Source of the DNA: an uncultured Campylobacter sp. | Lineage (GTDB): Bacteria; Campylobacterota; Campylobacteria; Campylobacterales; Campylobacteraceae | Reading direction: 5' to 3' | Length of the DNA: 64,000 nt | NCBI GenBank assembly: GCA_963529615.1 | Contig: CAUSAC010000005.1 | Location: forward strand, 735-64,734 | Shown here: piece after piece, positions 18,534 to 27,032 of the stretch | Layout of the letters: each line of letters begins with the position of its first letter | How positions within the stretch are numbered: position 1 is the stretch's first letter | The notes under the pieces: model-generated | What the model saw: the letters and a program-made list of their open reading frames with translations, nothing else | Database searches by the model: none | Told to the model about the DNA's origin: nothing | Translations under genes and position numbers: made by a program

Positions 18534-19234
18534 TTTGCAACCTTAAAAATTTTGCCTCGATGATAGCGTTTTTATGATTAAATTTTGAAATTCGGCTAAA
18601 TTTAAAGAGCGGTTTGGGTTTTATACGGCGAGGATTTGAAATTTATGCACGGCGCGGGCTTAGAATTTGAGGCGCGCAGTGAGTTTTAAAATTTCAGTAG
18701 AATTTTAAAATTTTGTGCCGCACGCGCGGGCTGGCGATATAAAATTTTGCGGCGAAAACAGATCGCGCAGATTTGGCGGGCCTAGGCAGCTTTAAATTTA
18801 ATGCCCTGCGTTTCGCGGTCGCGCCGTCATACATAGCGCGCCCGCAATCAGCTCGGCGCGCAAGATGAAATTTTAAAATTTAGCCCTATTTTGGGGCTAA
18901 ATTTTATCTCGCAGCGAGCGACGAGCTGATAAATCAACAAATTAATAAACGCAAAATCAGCAAAGCTAAAAAATCGTTGCCCTTTCATAAAGTCATCGCG
19001 CAACCATCGCGACTATCGCCTCGCTCGCGCAGAAACTATCGTATTAATTCTCGCGCCTACGTAACGCGAAAATGTAAAACATAATCGCGTAATCGTCTCA
19101 ATAACCCGCGCGATTGCGCAAAACTCATCGCGCCAATTCCGGCGCCAGCGTGAAATTTAATCTCGCGAAGCTGCACGTCTGCGTAAAATGCGTAAAATTA
19201 CCGCGCTAACGCCGCACTGGCGCAAAACCGCCGT
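18534..19234. repeat. RAATTY-word-rich spacer between rarA and cysK
   Basis: It uses the same vocabulary. The right half is rich in ATCGCG-type words. Confidence 0.7.
18876..18904. repeat. Second copy of the AAATTTAGCCC-N7-GGGCTAAATTT hairpin
   Basis: The 11-bp arms are identical to those at 28751-28779, with a different loop (tattttg). It lies about 330 nt downstream of cysK. Confidence 0.6.
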
Positions 19235-20149
19235 CTATTTGAAAAGCTCGGTAGAAAGATACCTCTCGCCGGTATCGCAGAGGATCGTAACGATCACTTT
19301 GCCCTTGTTCTCGGGCTTGGCGGCGATCTGCGCGGCAGCATAAACGTTCGCGCCGCTTGAAATGCCCACGAGCAGGCCCTCTTTTTGTGCCAGCTGTCTA
19401 GCTGCCGCAAACGCATCGTCGTTCTCAACGCTCAAAAAGCCGTCGATGACGCTTCTATCAAGATTAGCTGGGATAAAATTTGCGCCGATACCCTGAATTT
19501 TATGCCCACCCGCACTGCCGCACGTAAGAAGCGGCGAGCTAGCAGGCTCCACGCCGTAGGCTTTGAGGTTTGGATTTTTAGATTTTAAACATTTCGCCGT
19601 GCCGCTGAGCGTGCCGCCGGTACCAAATCCTGCGACTAAAATATCTACCTTACCGCCGCTTTGCTCCCAAATTTCAGGTCCAGTGCTTTGAAAATGCGCT
19701 TTTGGATTGCTCGGGTTATCAAACTGGCTCGGGATGAAGCTATTTGGGGTACTCGCAGCCAGCTCATTTGCCCTATCTACCGCGCCTTTCATTCCAAATT
19801 TCGGATCGGTCAGCTCGATTTTAGCCCCGAATGCGGCGATGAGCTTTTGGCGCTCGATACTCATCGAGCTTGGCATCGTTAAAATTAGCTTCATACCGAG
19901 CTTCGCCGCGATCATCGCAAGCCCCACGCCCGTGTTTCCGCTGGTAGGCTCTATCAAAACGCTATTTTTATCGATTTTGCCCGAGCTTAGCGCGTCTTTT
20001 ACGATCTGCCACGCGATGCGATCCTTGACCGAGTGGCTTGGGTTTAAAAATTCCGCCTTGGCTAGGATGAGGGCATTTTTGCCAAACGTATTGATTCTGA
20101 CTAACGGAGTATTACCAATGAGCTCCGTAACATCGTTTGCTATTTTCAT
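19235..20149 (-). CDS. cysK: Cysteine synthase (O-acetylserine sulfhydrylase), PLP-dependent
   Basis: 304 aa with the PLP-lysine block NPSHSVKDR, TSGNTG and GTGGT. CysK versus CysM cannot be decided from sequence alone. Confidence 0.9.
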   Translation of the reverse strand: MKIANDVTELIGNTPLVRINTFGKNALILAKAEFLNPSHSVKDRIAWQIVKDALSSGKIDKNSVLIEPTSGNTGVGLAMIAAKLGMKLILTMPSSMSIERQKLIAAFGAKIELTDPKFGMKGAVDRANELAASTPNSFIPSQFDNPSNPKAHFQSTGPEIWEQSGGKVDILVAGFGTGGTLSGTAKCLKSKNPNLKAYGVEPASSPLLTCGSAGGHKIQGIGANFIPANLDRSVIDGFLSVENDDAFAAARQLAQKEGLLVGISSGANVYAAAQIAAKPENKGKVIVTILCDTGERYLSTELFK

Positions 20150-20158
20150 ATTTTTCCT

Positions 20159-20572
20159 TTAAATGCTGAAATTTAAATACTGGACGCTTCGCGCCATCAT
20201 CTCCTCGTAGCTGCTTAGAGGCTCGTTAAATATCTCTGCCAGCTTGACGTCAAATTTCTCAAAAAACGCCCGCAGTCCGGGATCACTCATCTGAATGCTA
20301 GTCATCCGCAGATCCTTTTCAAGAGCGGTAAAAATTTCACCGAAAGAAATCTCACTAGCATCTCTGGCTAGGTGATAACCGCCGTTTTTACCTTTGATGC
20401 TACACACTAGCTTTTCGTTTCTAAGGGTATTTAGAATTTGCTCCAAATAATTCTTAGAAACTCCCGTGCGCTCGGCTATCTCTTTTATACTTATCGGCGC
20501 TACTTCGCTAGCTTTGGCGATCTGCAAAATCGCAGCCAGCCCATAAACGCCCTTTGTGCTTAAAAGTGCCAT
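20159..20572 (-). CDS. Rrf2-family transcriptional regulator lacking the Cys cluster (CymR-like)
   Basis: 137 aa with the N-terminal wHTH MALLSTKGVYGLAAILQIA...ISIKEIAERTGVSKNYLEQIL. There is no three-cysteine Fe-S ligand set. The start overlaps the metY stop (TAATG). Confidence 0.85.
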   Translation of the reverse strand: MALLSTKGVYGLAAILQIAKASEVAPISIKEIAERTGVSKNYLEQILNTLRNEKLVCSIKGKNGGYHLARDASEISFGEIFTALEKDLRMTSIQMSDPGLRAFFEKFDVKLAEIFNEPLSSYEEMMARSVQYLNFSI

Positions 20573-21843
20573 TATTTCAGTGCCTCACTAAGATCGGAAA
20601 TCAAATCGTTCGCATCCTCTATACCCACGCTTAGGCGGATTAAGCTCGCAGGCACGCCAGCGCGGTTTAGCTGCTCCTCGTTTAGCTGCGAATGCGTCGT
20701 GCTCGCAGGATGAGTGATGATCGACTTCGTATCGCCGATATTTGCTACGACGGAGAAAATTTTAACCTTACTAACCGCTTTTAGCGCTGTTTCTTCGCTA
20801 TCTACGATGAAACTCATCAGACTGCTTGCATAGCAGTTTTTAAATTTCGCTTTGATCGCGGCATTAAATGGCGAGCTTGCAAGCCCCGGATAATTGACCT
20901 GCTTTACCTTCGGATGATTTTGTAAAAATTCTGCGATCTTTAGCGCGTTTTGGGAGTGCTTTTGCATCCGAAGCGGCAGTGTTTCAAGCCCTTGGATGAG
21001 CTGAAACGCATTAAACGGCGATAGCGTCGCACCAATATCGCGAAGCAGGGACAAGCGAATCCTAAGCGTGTAAATGTCGAAATTATCTACTAAATCTGCA
21101 TAAACTAAGCCGTGGTAGCTCTCATCAGGCTCGTTGAAATGTGCGTAACGCGGATTGCCTTTGAGTTTGGAATTTAATCCTTTGCCCGCAACGATCGCGC
21201 CAGCGATACTAAGCCCCTGTCCACTTATATATTTGCTAGCGCTGTGGATTACAACATCGGCGCCGTCATCAAGCGGATTGTAAAGCGCAGGGCTTGGGAT
21301 CGTGTTATCCGCAATCGTTACTACGCCGTGCTTATTTGCGATTGTAGCGATTTTAGCGGTATTTGCAACCGAAATTTGAGGATTTGAAAGCGTCTCAAAA
21401 AAGATCGCTCTAGTCTTATCGTCGATTAAACCTTCCAAATTATCTGCTGTTTCGGAGTCAAAAACCCTAGCTTCGATGCCGAAACGCTTGATCGTATGCG
21501 CCAAAAGCGTAGTTGCGCCGCCGTAAATTTTCTCCGCGATGATGATATTTTCGCCCGCCGCGGCTAAATTTGCCACCGCAAAAAATATTGCCGCCTGCCC
21601 ACTAGAGACCGCGATTGCGGCTTTGCCGTTTTCCAGCGCCGCAAGTCGCGCCTCAAAAACATCAGTAGTAGGATTTGTCAAACGCCCATAAATCGGCCCT
21701 AAGTCACGCAGCGCGAAGCGATCGGCAGCCTTTTTGCTCGTGCCAAAGTTAAACGCGGTGCTTTGATAAATGGGAACTGCCATCGTGCCGTAGCCTGCGA
21801 CGGAGTCGTAACCAAAATGAGTTGCGAGGGTTTCTTTTTGCAT
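20572..21843 (-). CDS. metY: O-acetylhomoserine sulfhydrylase (Cys/Met-metabolism PLP enzyme)
   Basis: 423 aa with the PLP-lysine block HSASKYISGQG and a MetY-like N-terminus (GTMAVPIYQSTAF). Confidence 0.9.
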   Translation of the reverse strand: MQKETLATHFGYDSVAGYGTMAVPIYQSTAFNFGTSKKAADRFALRDLGPIYGRLTNPTTDVFEARLAALENGKAAIAVSSGQAAIFFAVANLAAAGENIIIAEKIYGGATTLLAHTIKRFGIEARVFDSETADNLEGLIDDKTRAIFFETLSNPQISVANTAKIATIANKHGVVTIADNTIPSPALYNPLDDGADVVIHSASKYISGQGLSIAGAIVAGKGLNSKLKGNPRYAHFNEPDESYHGLVYADLVDNFDIYTLRIRLSLLRDIGATLSPFNAFQLIQGLETLPLRMQKHSQNALKIAEFLQNHPKVKQVNYPGLASSPFNAAIKAKFKNCYASSLMSFIVDSEETALKAVSKVKIFSVVANIGDTKSIITHPASTTHSQLNEEQLNRAGVPASLIRLSVGIEDANDLISDLSEALK

Positions 21844-21870
21844 TTTCGTCCTTTGTAAAAAATTTGGCGA

Positions 21871-21899
21871 ATAATAGCTAAATTTTAAAATAAAGTCAA
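21871..21899 (-). promoter_or_regulatory. Candidate promoter for the metY-rrf2-cysK operon
   Basis: On the minus strand: TTGACT (21899-21894), a 17-nt spacer, then TATTAT (21876-21871). It ends about 27 nt upstream of the metY ATG. Confidence 0.5.
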
Positions 21900-22037
21900 G
21901 TATTTTTATATGATTTTAAAATGCCTATAATACAGGATTTATAGAAAAAATGTTATTAAAATATAGTTTTACAATATGCGTAATTTTGCCAAAATTTCGA
22001 ATTTTGCTATAATGCGCGCTTTAATTAAGGAAAGATC

Positions 22038-22394
22038 ATGCAAATCAAAGAAAAAGATGAGCGCGTTAAATATATCCGCGCATTAGAACGCTTCGTAAAA
22101 TCCGCCGTAGCACTGCTAAAGCGCGAGGATTTCGACGCAGAGCTTTTTGCGAAGCGAATAGCTAAAAACTACGAAATTTTATCTAAAACGGCCGCCGTAA
22201 ATTTAGATAGCCCCTACACCAAAGCGCTTGAAAGCTTTGCCAAAAACGTCCTTGATGCTAGCGAGGCAGGACAGATCAGCGATGCTACGTTTAGATCGGC
22301 GCTACAGCATGAAGCAAACGCCTTGCAAAAGCTCAAAAACAATAAAAGTTACAAAAAAGACAAGCATAAAATCGATTTTTTAAAGGATTACTAG
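22038..22394 (+). CDS. Hypothetical helical protein
   Basis: 118 aa. A TATAAT lies upstream at about 22005, and the stop is immediately followed by the ATG of the next gene. I recognise no family. Confidence 0.5.
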   Translation: MQIKEKDERVKYIRALERFVKSAVALLKREDFDAELFAKRIAKNYEILSKTAAVNLDSPYTKALESFAKNVLDASEAGQISDATFRSALQHEANALQKLKNNKSYKKDKHKIDFLKDY

Positions 22395-23306
22395 ATGAAA
22401 ACTGTGATTTTTGATATGGATGGCACGCTGCTCGATTCCTCGCGCGCGATCGAAATCAGCGTCAATAACACTCGCCGCGAGCTCTACGGCCTAGCGCCAC
22501 TGCAAAAGAATTTCATCGTCCACACCATCAACGATCCAAGCAAAAACGCCTTTTTGGAATTTTACGGCAAAACCGAAGCGAGCGCCGAAGAGCTTGCTTT
22601 TTTCGAGAAGGAATTCGTAAGCAATTACCGCGATTTTGCCGTGCTTTACGAGGGTATCGAAGATCTTTTGCACTCGTGCAAAAAAGCAGGATTTTTTCTC
22701 GCAGTCGCCTCCAATGCACCTTCCTACACCCTAAGCGCGATCTTAGAAAAAACGGGCGTGCGCAGGCTATTTGATCTGGTCGTAGGCGCGGACGAGCAGA
22801 TGCCATCAAAGCCCAACCCTGCGATGCTGCTACACGTAATCGCGCGCTCACCGCACAAAAACGCGATTTTTTTAGGCGATAGCAAAAAAGATGAGCTAGC
22901 CGCGATCCGTGGCGCGGAATTTTTACAAAATTTAGAATTTCAAGGCGGCAATGACGGCGAGAGCTTAAATGCCAGCCGCGATACGAGTAGAAAGAATTTC
23001 AGCGCTAGTGAGGGCTTAAACTCTTGCGACGAAAATCTTAACGCGGATGAAAAATTTCGCCCTAACGACACAGGTGCTGACGGAGCGGCAACGCTAAGTT
23101 TTAAAGGCGCCAGAATTTCCGCAAAAGCAGAAGCGACAAAGGAGGCACAAGCTGCGGCAGCACGATGTTTTCAGGCAAACTTGGCAGATCTAAGAGGCGC
23201 AAAACTTGAGTATTTGCAGGTATGCTGGGGGTTTGGCGAGCCTAGCGAACTAAGTCGCAATGCCCTAAGCATCGCACAAGCGCGCGAAATCATCGGCAGA
23301 ATTTAA
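22395..23306 (+). CDS. HAD-superfamily hydrolase (phosphoglycolate-phosphatase-like) with an in-frame insert of about 95 aa
   Basis: Motif I is VIFDMDGTLLDS, motif II is AVASN, and motifs III/IV are SKPNP...FLGDSKKD. The last conserved block (VCWGFG) is separated from the rest by low-complexity sequence. Confidence 0.8.
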   Translation: MKTVIFDMDGTLLDSSRAIEISVNNTRRELYGLAPLQKNFIVHTINDPSKNAFLEFYGKTEASAEELAFFEKEFVSNYRDFAVLYEGIEDLLHSCKKAGFFLAVASNAPSYTLSAILEKTGVRRLFDLVVGADEQMPSKPNPAMLLHVIARSPHKNAIFLGDSKKDELAAIRGAEFLQNLEFQGGNDGESLNASRDTSRKNFSASEGLNSCDENLNADEKFRPNDTGADGAATLSFKGARISAKAEATKEAQAAAARCFQANLADLRGAKLEYLQVCWGFGEPSELSRNALSIAQAREIIGRI

Positions 23307-24238
23307 AGCAGCCCGGCTTTTTAGGCATAGCTAATTAAAAGCAGTATTGCAGCATGGCAAAAATCACGCTTAACTCTTAAAACAGAGCAAATTCCATCCT
23401 CGCGCGCAACGTAAGCGAGGTTAAATTTAAAAATAATCCTTGCGCGAAAAGTTCCGCTAGCACGAGAAACTGGGATTTCATCTGCGCAAGTGGAATTTAA
23501 AATTTTAAAGTATCTTTTGTAGTGCGCGATTTTATCTGCGTGAAAAATGAAATTCTATCTGTAAAAGGTGGCGAAATTTTAAAATTTAAAGACGCCTTCT
23601 CGCGGCTTAATTTAAAATTTGCCTCGAAAGCCAGACTTAAAATTTAATGCCAAACGCGATTTTGGAATTTTGCTGCGTCCATGGAGTTTCAAATTCTCGC
23701 AAAGCGGCGGAATTTTAAAATTTTAAAACGCCTGATCTGTGTTATGCACGCGAGTAGATTTTGCATAAGTAGAATTTATCCGCCGTGCAGAAATCAAAAT
23801 TTTACCGCACAAGCAAAGCTAAAATCCTCTCCGCCTACGCAAAATTCAAGAATTTTACCGCTCAAGCAAAGCGAAATTCTATCCACTCACGCGAAATCTA
23901 AAATTTTACTCGCGCCACAAAATTTTAAAATTTCCGTAAAAATCAAGCTGTTTATCTGTAAATTTAAAATTCCGCCTTCTGCAAAGCTTCGCGTTTAATC
24001 CGCCACGCGACCAAGATTAAATTTTTAAATTCCGCTCGCTCTGCCTATCTCGCAAACAAGTAAAATTTTAAAATTGCGAAATCTAAAGCCCAAAATCCCG
24101 CGCTTAAGCTTAAAATTTACCGCACGCAAGCGCAAAATCTGCGCAATCGCTCCTGTTTAAAAACCCCGATAGTTTGCCGCGCCCTAACCTAAATTAAATT
24201 TTACATTTGCTATAATCGCGAAATTTTAAGGAAGGTAA
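23307..24238. repeat. RAATTY-word-rich spacer of about 930 bp
   Basis: It uses the same vocabulary and contains three degenerate units of about 52 bp, starting at 23798, 23851 and 23902. Confidence 0.8.
24208..24216 (+). promoter_or_regulatory. Extended -10 element upstream of the small ORF-ispB-hemA-proS operon
   Basis: TGcTATAAT, 22 nt upstream of the ATG at 24239. Similar gcTATAAT elements occur at 22005, 12190 and 51616. Confidence 0.45.
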
Positions 24239-24484
24239 ATGGATATTTTTGAAAGCAGCCCAAGAGAGAAATTTTTTGAAATTTTATCCGCTGCAAGCCC
24301 TACTTTAGTGCAAAACGAAATCGAAGAAGCTCTAATCCGCCTCATCGCCTGTGAGCGGCTCTGCGAAGCGCGCGGCATTAGCGAGCGCGAGATCGAAAGC
24401 TTCATCGCGCAGCAGGATCTACAAGACGAGCTAAACGACAAATTTTTGCAAATGAGCGGAAATATCCTAAGCAATAACGAATAA
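24239..24484 (+). CDS. Small helical protein, possibly DUF2018-like (H. pylori HP0241/0242 neighbourhood)
   Basis: 81 aa. It sits directly upstream of ispB-hemA-proS, as small hypothetical genes do in H. pylori. The family assignment is from memory only. Confidence 0.45.
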   Translation: MDIFESSPREKFFEILSAASPTLVQNEIEEALIRLIACERLCEARGISEREIESFIAQQDLQDELNDKFLQMSGNILSNNE

Positions 24485-25476
24485 TGCAAGATCAAATTGA
24501 TTTAATTATGAAAAGCTTCATCGCAGACTGCGGATATGAGCCCGCTAGCGAGATGTTTGACAGGCTAAGCCCCGGCAAAAAACTGCGCTCCAAGCTGCTG
24601 CTAAACATCGCGCAAAAGGATGAAAAATCGCTGCACCTGTGCGCTATCATCGAGCTCATTCAAGCTGCGAGCCTGCTGCACGACGACGTCATCGACGAAA
24701 GCTCGATGCGCCGCGGCAAACCCTCGATCAACGCTACCTACGGCTCCAAAAACGCCGTGATGCTGGGCGACATACTCTATTCCAAGGCATACTTCGAGCT
24801 TAGCAAATTTGAAAGCCGTATCGCCGCTGCGCTTTCGCTCGCCGTCACAAAGCTAGCCGTGGGCGAGCTGATGGACGTGAGCTTAAGCAACGATTTCAAC
24901 TACGATGCGAGCAAATATCTGCAGATGATCTATCTAAAAACCTCCGCTCTCATAGAGGAGGTCGCGCGCTGCGGGGCTTTTTTGAAATTCGGCGGCGCAG
25001 AAAATCGCGGCGAAATTTCAGATATTAACGGCGCAAAAAACGAGGGCAGGAATCCGAACGCCGCGAAAGATCATGATAAAATTTCAAGCGCGAGCGCAAA
25101 ATTCGGCGAATACGGCAAAAACCTTGGGCTTGCCTTTCAGATTATCGACGATATTTTAGACGTTACGCAAAGCTCAGAAGCGCTCGGTAAGCCGAGCCTT
25201 AGTGATTTTGCGGAGGGCAAAACCACCCTGCCCTACATCTATTTATACGAAAATTTAAATGATTCCGAGCGGCAAAAGCTAAAATCATTTTTTAAAAAAC
25301 AGCTTTGCCAGAGCGAAATTTCATGGATCAAGGCGAAGTTTAGCGAGCACGGCATCATCGAGCGCTGTATAAACGAAGCTCGCGCCTACGGGCAAAAGGC
25401 GCTTGAAGCCGTGGCGGAATTTAAAAACGACAAGCTAGAGCAAATCGTGCGAGATATGATAGATAGGGAGTTTTGA
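24484..25476 (+). CDS. ispB: Polyprenyl (octaprenyl) diphosphate synthase with an in-frame insert
   Basis: First DDxxD is LLHDDVIDES and second is QIIDDILD. An extra G/N/K-rich segment of about 40 aa lies between them. Confidence 0.88.
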   Translation: MQDQIDLIMKSFIADCGYEPASEMFDRLSPGKKLRSKLLLNIAQKDEKSLHLCAIIELIQAASLLHDDVIDESSMRRGKPSINATYGSKNAVMLGDILYSKAYFELSKFESRIAAALSLAVTKLAVGELMDVSLSNDFNYDASKYLQMIYLKTSALIEEVARCGAFLKFGGAENRGEISDINGAKNEGRNPNAAKDHDKISSASAKFGEYGKNLGLAFQIIDDILDVTQSSEALGKPSLSDFAEGKTTLPYIYLYENLNDSERQKLKSFFKKQLCQSEISWIKAKFSEHGIIERCINEARAYGQKALEAVAEFKNDKLEQIVRDMIDREF

Positions 25477-27032
25477 TGGCGTATATGAGCGTGAGCTTCA
25501 CCCACAAAAACACGGACATCACGGTGCGCGAGAAGCTGTCGTTTTCAAACGACGTGCGCAAGAAAGAAATTTTGCGCCTTTTAGCTTCAAACTCCGCAAT
25601 AGAGGAGTGTTTGGTGCTTAGCACCTGCAACCGCGTAGAAATTTTTACCGTCGTAAGCGACTTTGACGAAGCGCAAAAATTCGTGCTTTTGGCACTTTCG
25701 CGCATTAGCGGCGTGAGCTTTGAAGAGCTGCAAAACCTAGCCGATATATATGAGGATCGCGGCGCGATACACCACCTTTTCGCCGTCGCAGCATCCCTTG
25801 ATAGCCTCGTAGTGGGCGAAACGCAGATCGTAGGTCAGCTCAAAGACGCCTATAAATTCGCAATGCAAAACGCTCGCGCCGGCGCTCAAATCGCAAAAGC
25901 CATAGATGAAGCGCTAAAGTGCGCGGCGCGCATCCGCAATCAAACCGAAATTTCAAAAAATCCAATCTCGGTCTCAAGCGTCGCCGTAGCGATGGCAAAA
26001 GACAGGCTGGGCTCCTTGCAGGGCGCGGACGCCGTGGTAGTGGGCGCGGGAGAGATGAGCGAGCTAGCGTGCAAACACCTGCTCGCAAACGGCGCGAATA
26101 TCACGATCTTAAATCGAAATTTAGCCGGCGCGCAGAGGCTAGCCGCCTCGCTACTTGGCGAGAATTCCTTGGATGCGAAAGATTGCGCGGATGAAAATCC
26201 CGGCACAGGAAAAAATTCAGACGGCTTAAATTCCGAAAATGTCGCGAATTTCGCGGGCGAAAATGTCGCGCAAAAACAAAATTCCAAAGACGGCGTAAAT
26301 TTTAATAAAGAGATTTTCGCAGACGGCAATGAATCTCGCATAGCAGGCGAAAATTCCAAAGGCGATAAAAATTCTGCCGCCTTCGTGAATTCTGCCGCGC
26401 AGGCACAATCCCGCATCAAAATCGATAGCCTTGATAATCTCAAAAAATATCTGAACGTAAATAGCCTATTCTTCAGCGCTACAGGCTCGCAAGAGCCGAT
26501 CATTACCGATAGCTTGCTTGAGCCCAAAAGCTTTAAGCGATATTTTTTCGATATAGCCGTGCCGCGCGACGTAGAGCTTAGTCAGAGCGAGGACGTCGAG
26601 GTTTACAGCGTCGATGATTTGGAGGAGATCGTAAAGAAAAATTTGATCCTTCGCGAGGAGCAGGCGCAGATCGCTTACTCGATCGTGGCGAAATGCACGA
26701 ATGAATTTTTCAAATGGCTCAAGGCAGCGGCATCCACGCCGATCATCAAGGCTTTGCGCCAAAGCGCGAAACAAGTAGCCGAGCTAGAGCTAGCCAAGGC
26801 GCTTAAAAAGGGCTATCTAAAGCGCAGCGATGCACAGGAGGCGCGCAAGCTGATCCATCAGGTTTTTAAAGCGTTCCTGCACGCTCCGACGGTAAATTTA
26901 AAAAACCTTGGCGACGCGGATAATGCCGATAACGCGGTAAACGCGCTGGTCGAAATTTTTGAACTGCAAGAAAACTACGAAAAATTTTTAAATCAAGAAA
27001 ACGAGAAAAAGGACAGACAGAATGAAATTTAG
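25476..27032 (+). CDS. hemA: Glutamyl-tRNA reductase with an in-frame insert of about 85 aa
   Basis: SFTHKNTDITVREKLSF, STCNRVEIF (catalytic Cys) and the NADPH site VVVGAGEMSE. The ATG at 25476 overlaps the ispB stop (TGATG). The length is about 518 aa; C. jejuni HemA is roughly 430 aa as I recall. Confidence 0.93.
   Translation: MAYMSVSFTHKNTDITVREKLSFSNDVRKKEILRLLASNSAIEECLVLSTCNRVEIFTVVSDFDEAQKFVLLALSRISGVSFEELQNLADIYEDRGAIHHLFAVAASLDSLVVGETQIVGQLKDAYKFAMQNARAGAQIAKAIDEALKCAARIRNQTEISKNPISVSSVAVAMAKDRLGSLQGADAVVVGAGEMSELACKHLLANGANITILNRNLAGAQRLAASLLGENSLDAKDCADENPGTGKNSDGLNSENVANFAGENVAQKQNSKDGVNFNKEIFADGNESRIAGENSKGDKNSAAFVNSAAQAQSRIKIDSLDNLKKYLNVNSLFFSATGSQEPIITDSLLEPKSFKRYFFDIAVPRDVELSQSEDVEVYSVDDLEEIVKKNLILREEQAQIAYSIVAKCTNEFFKWLKAAASTPIIKALRQSAKQVAELELAKALKKGYLKRSDAQEARKLIHQVFKAFLHAPTVNLKNLGDADNADNAVNALVEIFELQENYEKFLNQENEKKDRQNEI

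Noticed and set aside
23307-24238. Repeat-and-spacer look of the RAATTY-rich gaps, raising the possibility of a CRISPR array
   Set aside because: The repeats are short AT-rich palindromes at irregular spacing. Only two or three degenerate 22-nt units share a period. No cas genes or leader are present. The same vocabulary occurs in most other gaps.
26154-26414. In-frame inserts as copies of a discrete mobile element (Rickettsia-palindromic-element-like)
   Set aside because: The inserts in hemA, rpiB, ispB, the HAD gene, the LMW-PTP gene and pta share word composition only. I could not align a common consensus, terminal inverted repeats or target-site duplications. In-situ expansion of RAATTY-rich DNA fits better. 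A proper alignment should still be run.
25940-26527. Long antisense ORFs opposite real genes (also 6247-6663, 14038-14592, 19707-20162, 35601-36023, 46603-47010, 7743-8138)
   Set aside because: They lie entirely within confidently identified genes on the other strand. Their translations are S/A/R/P-rich shadow sequences with no recognisable motifs.
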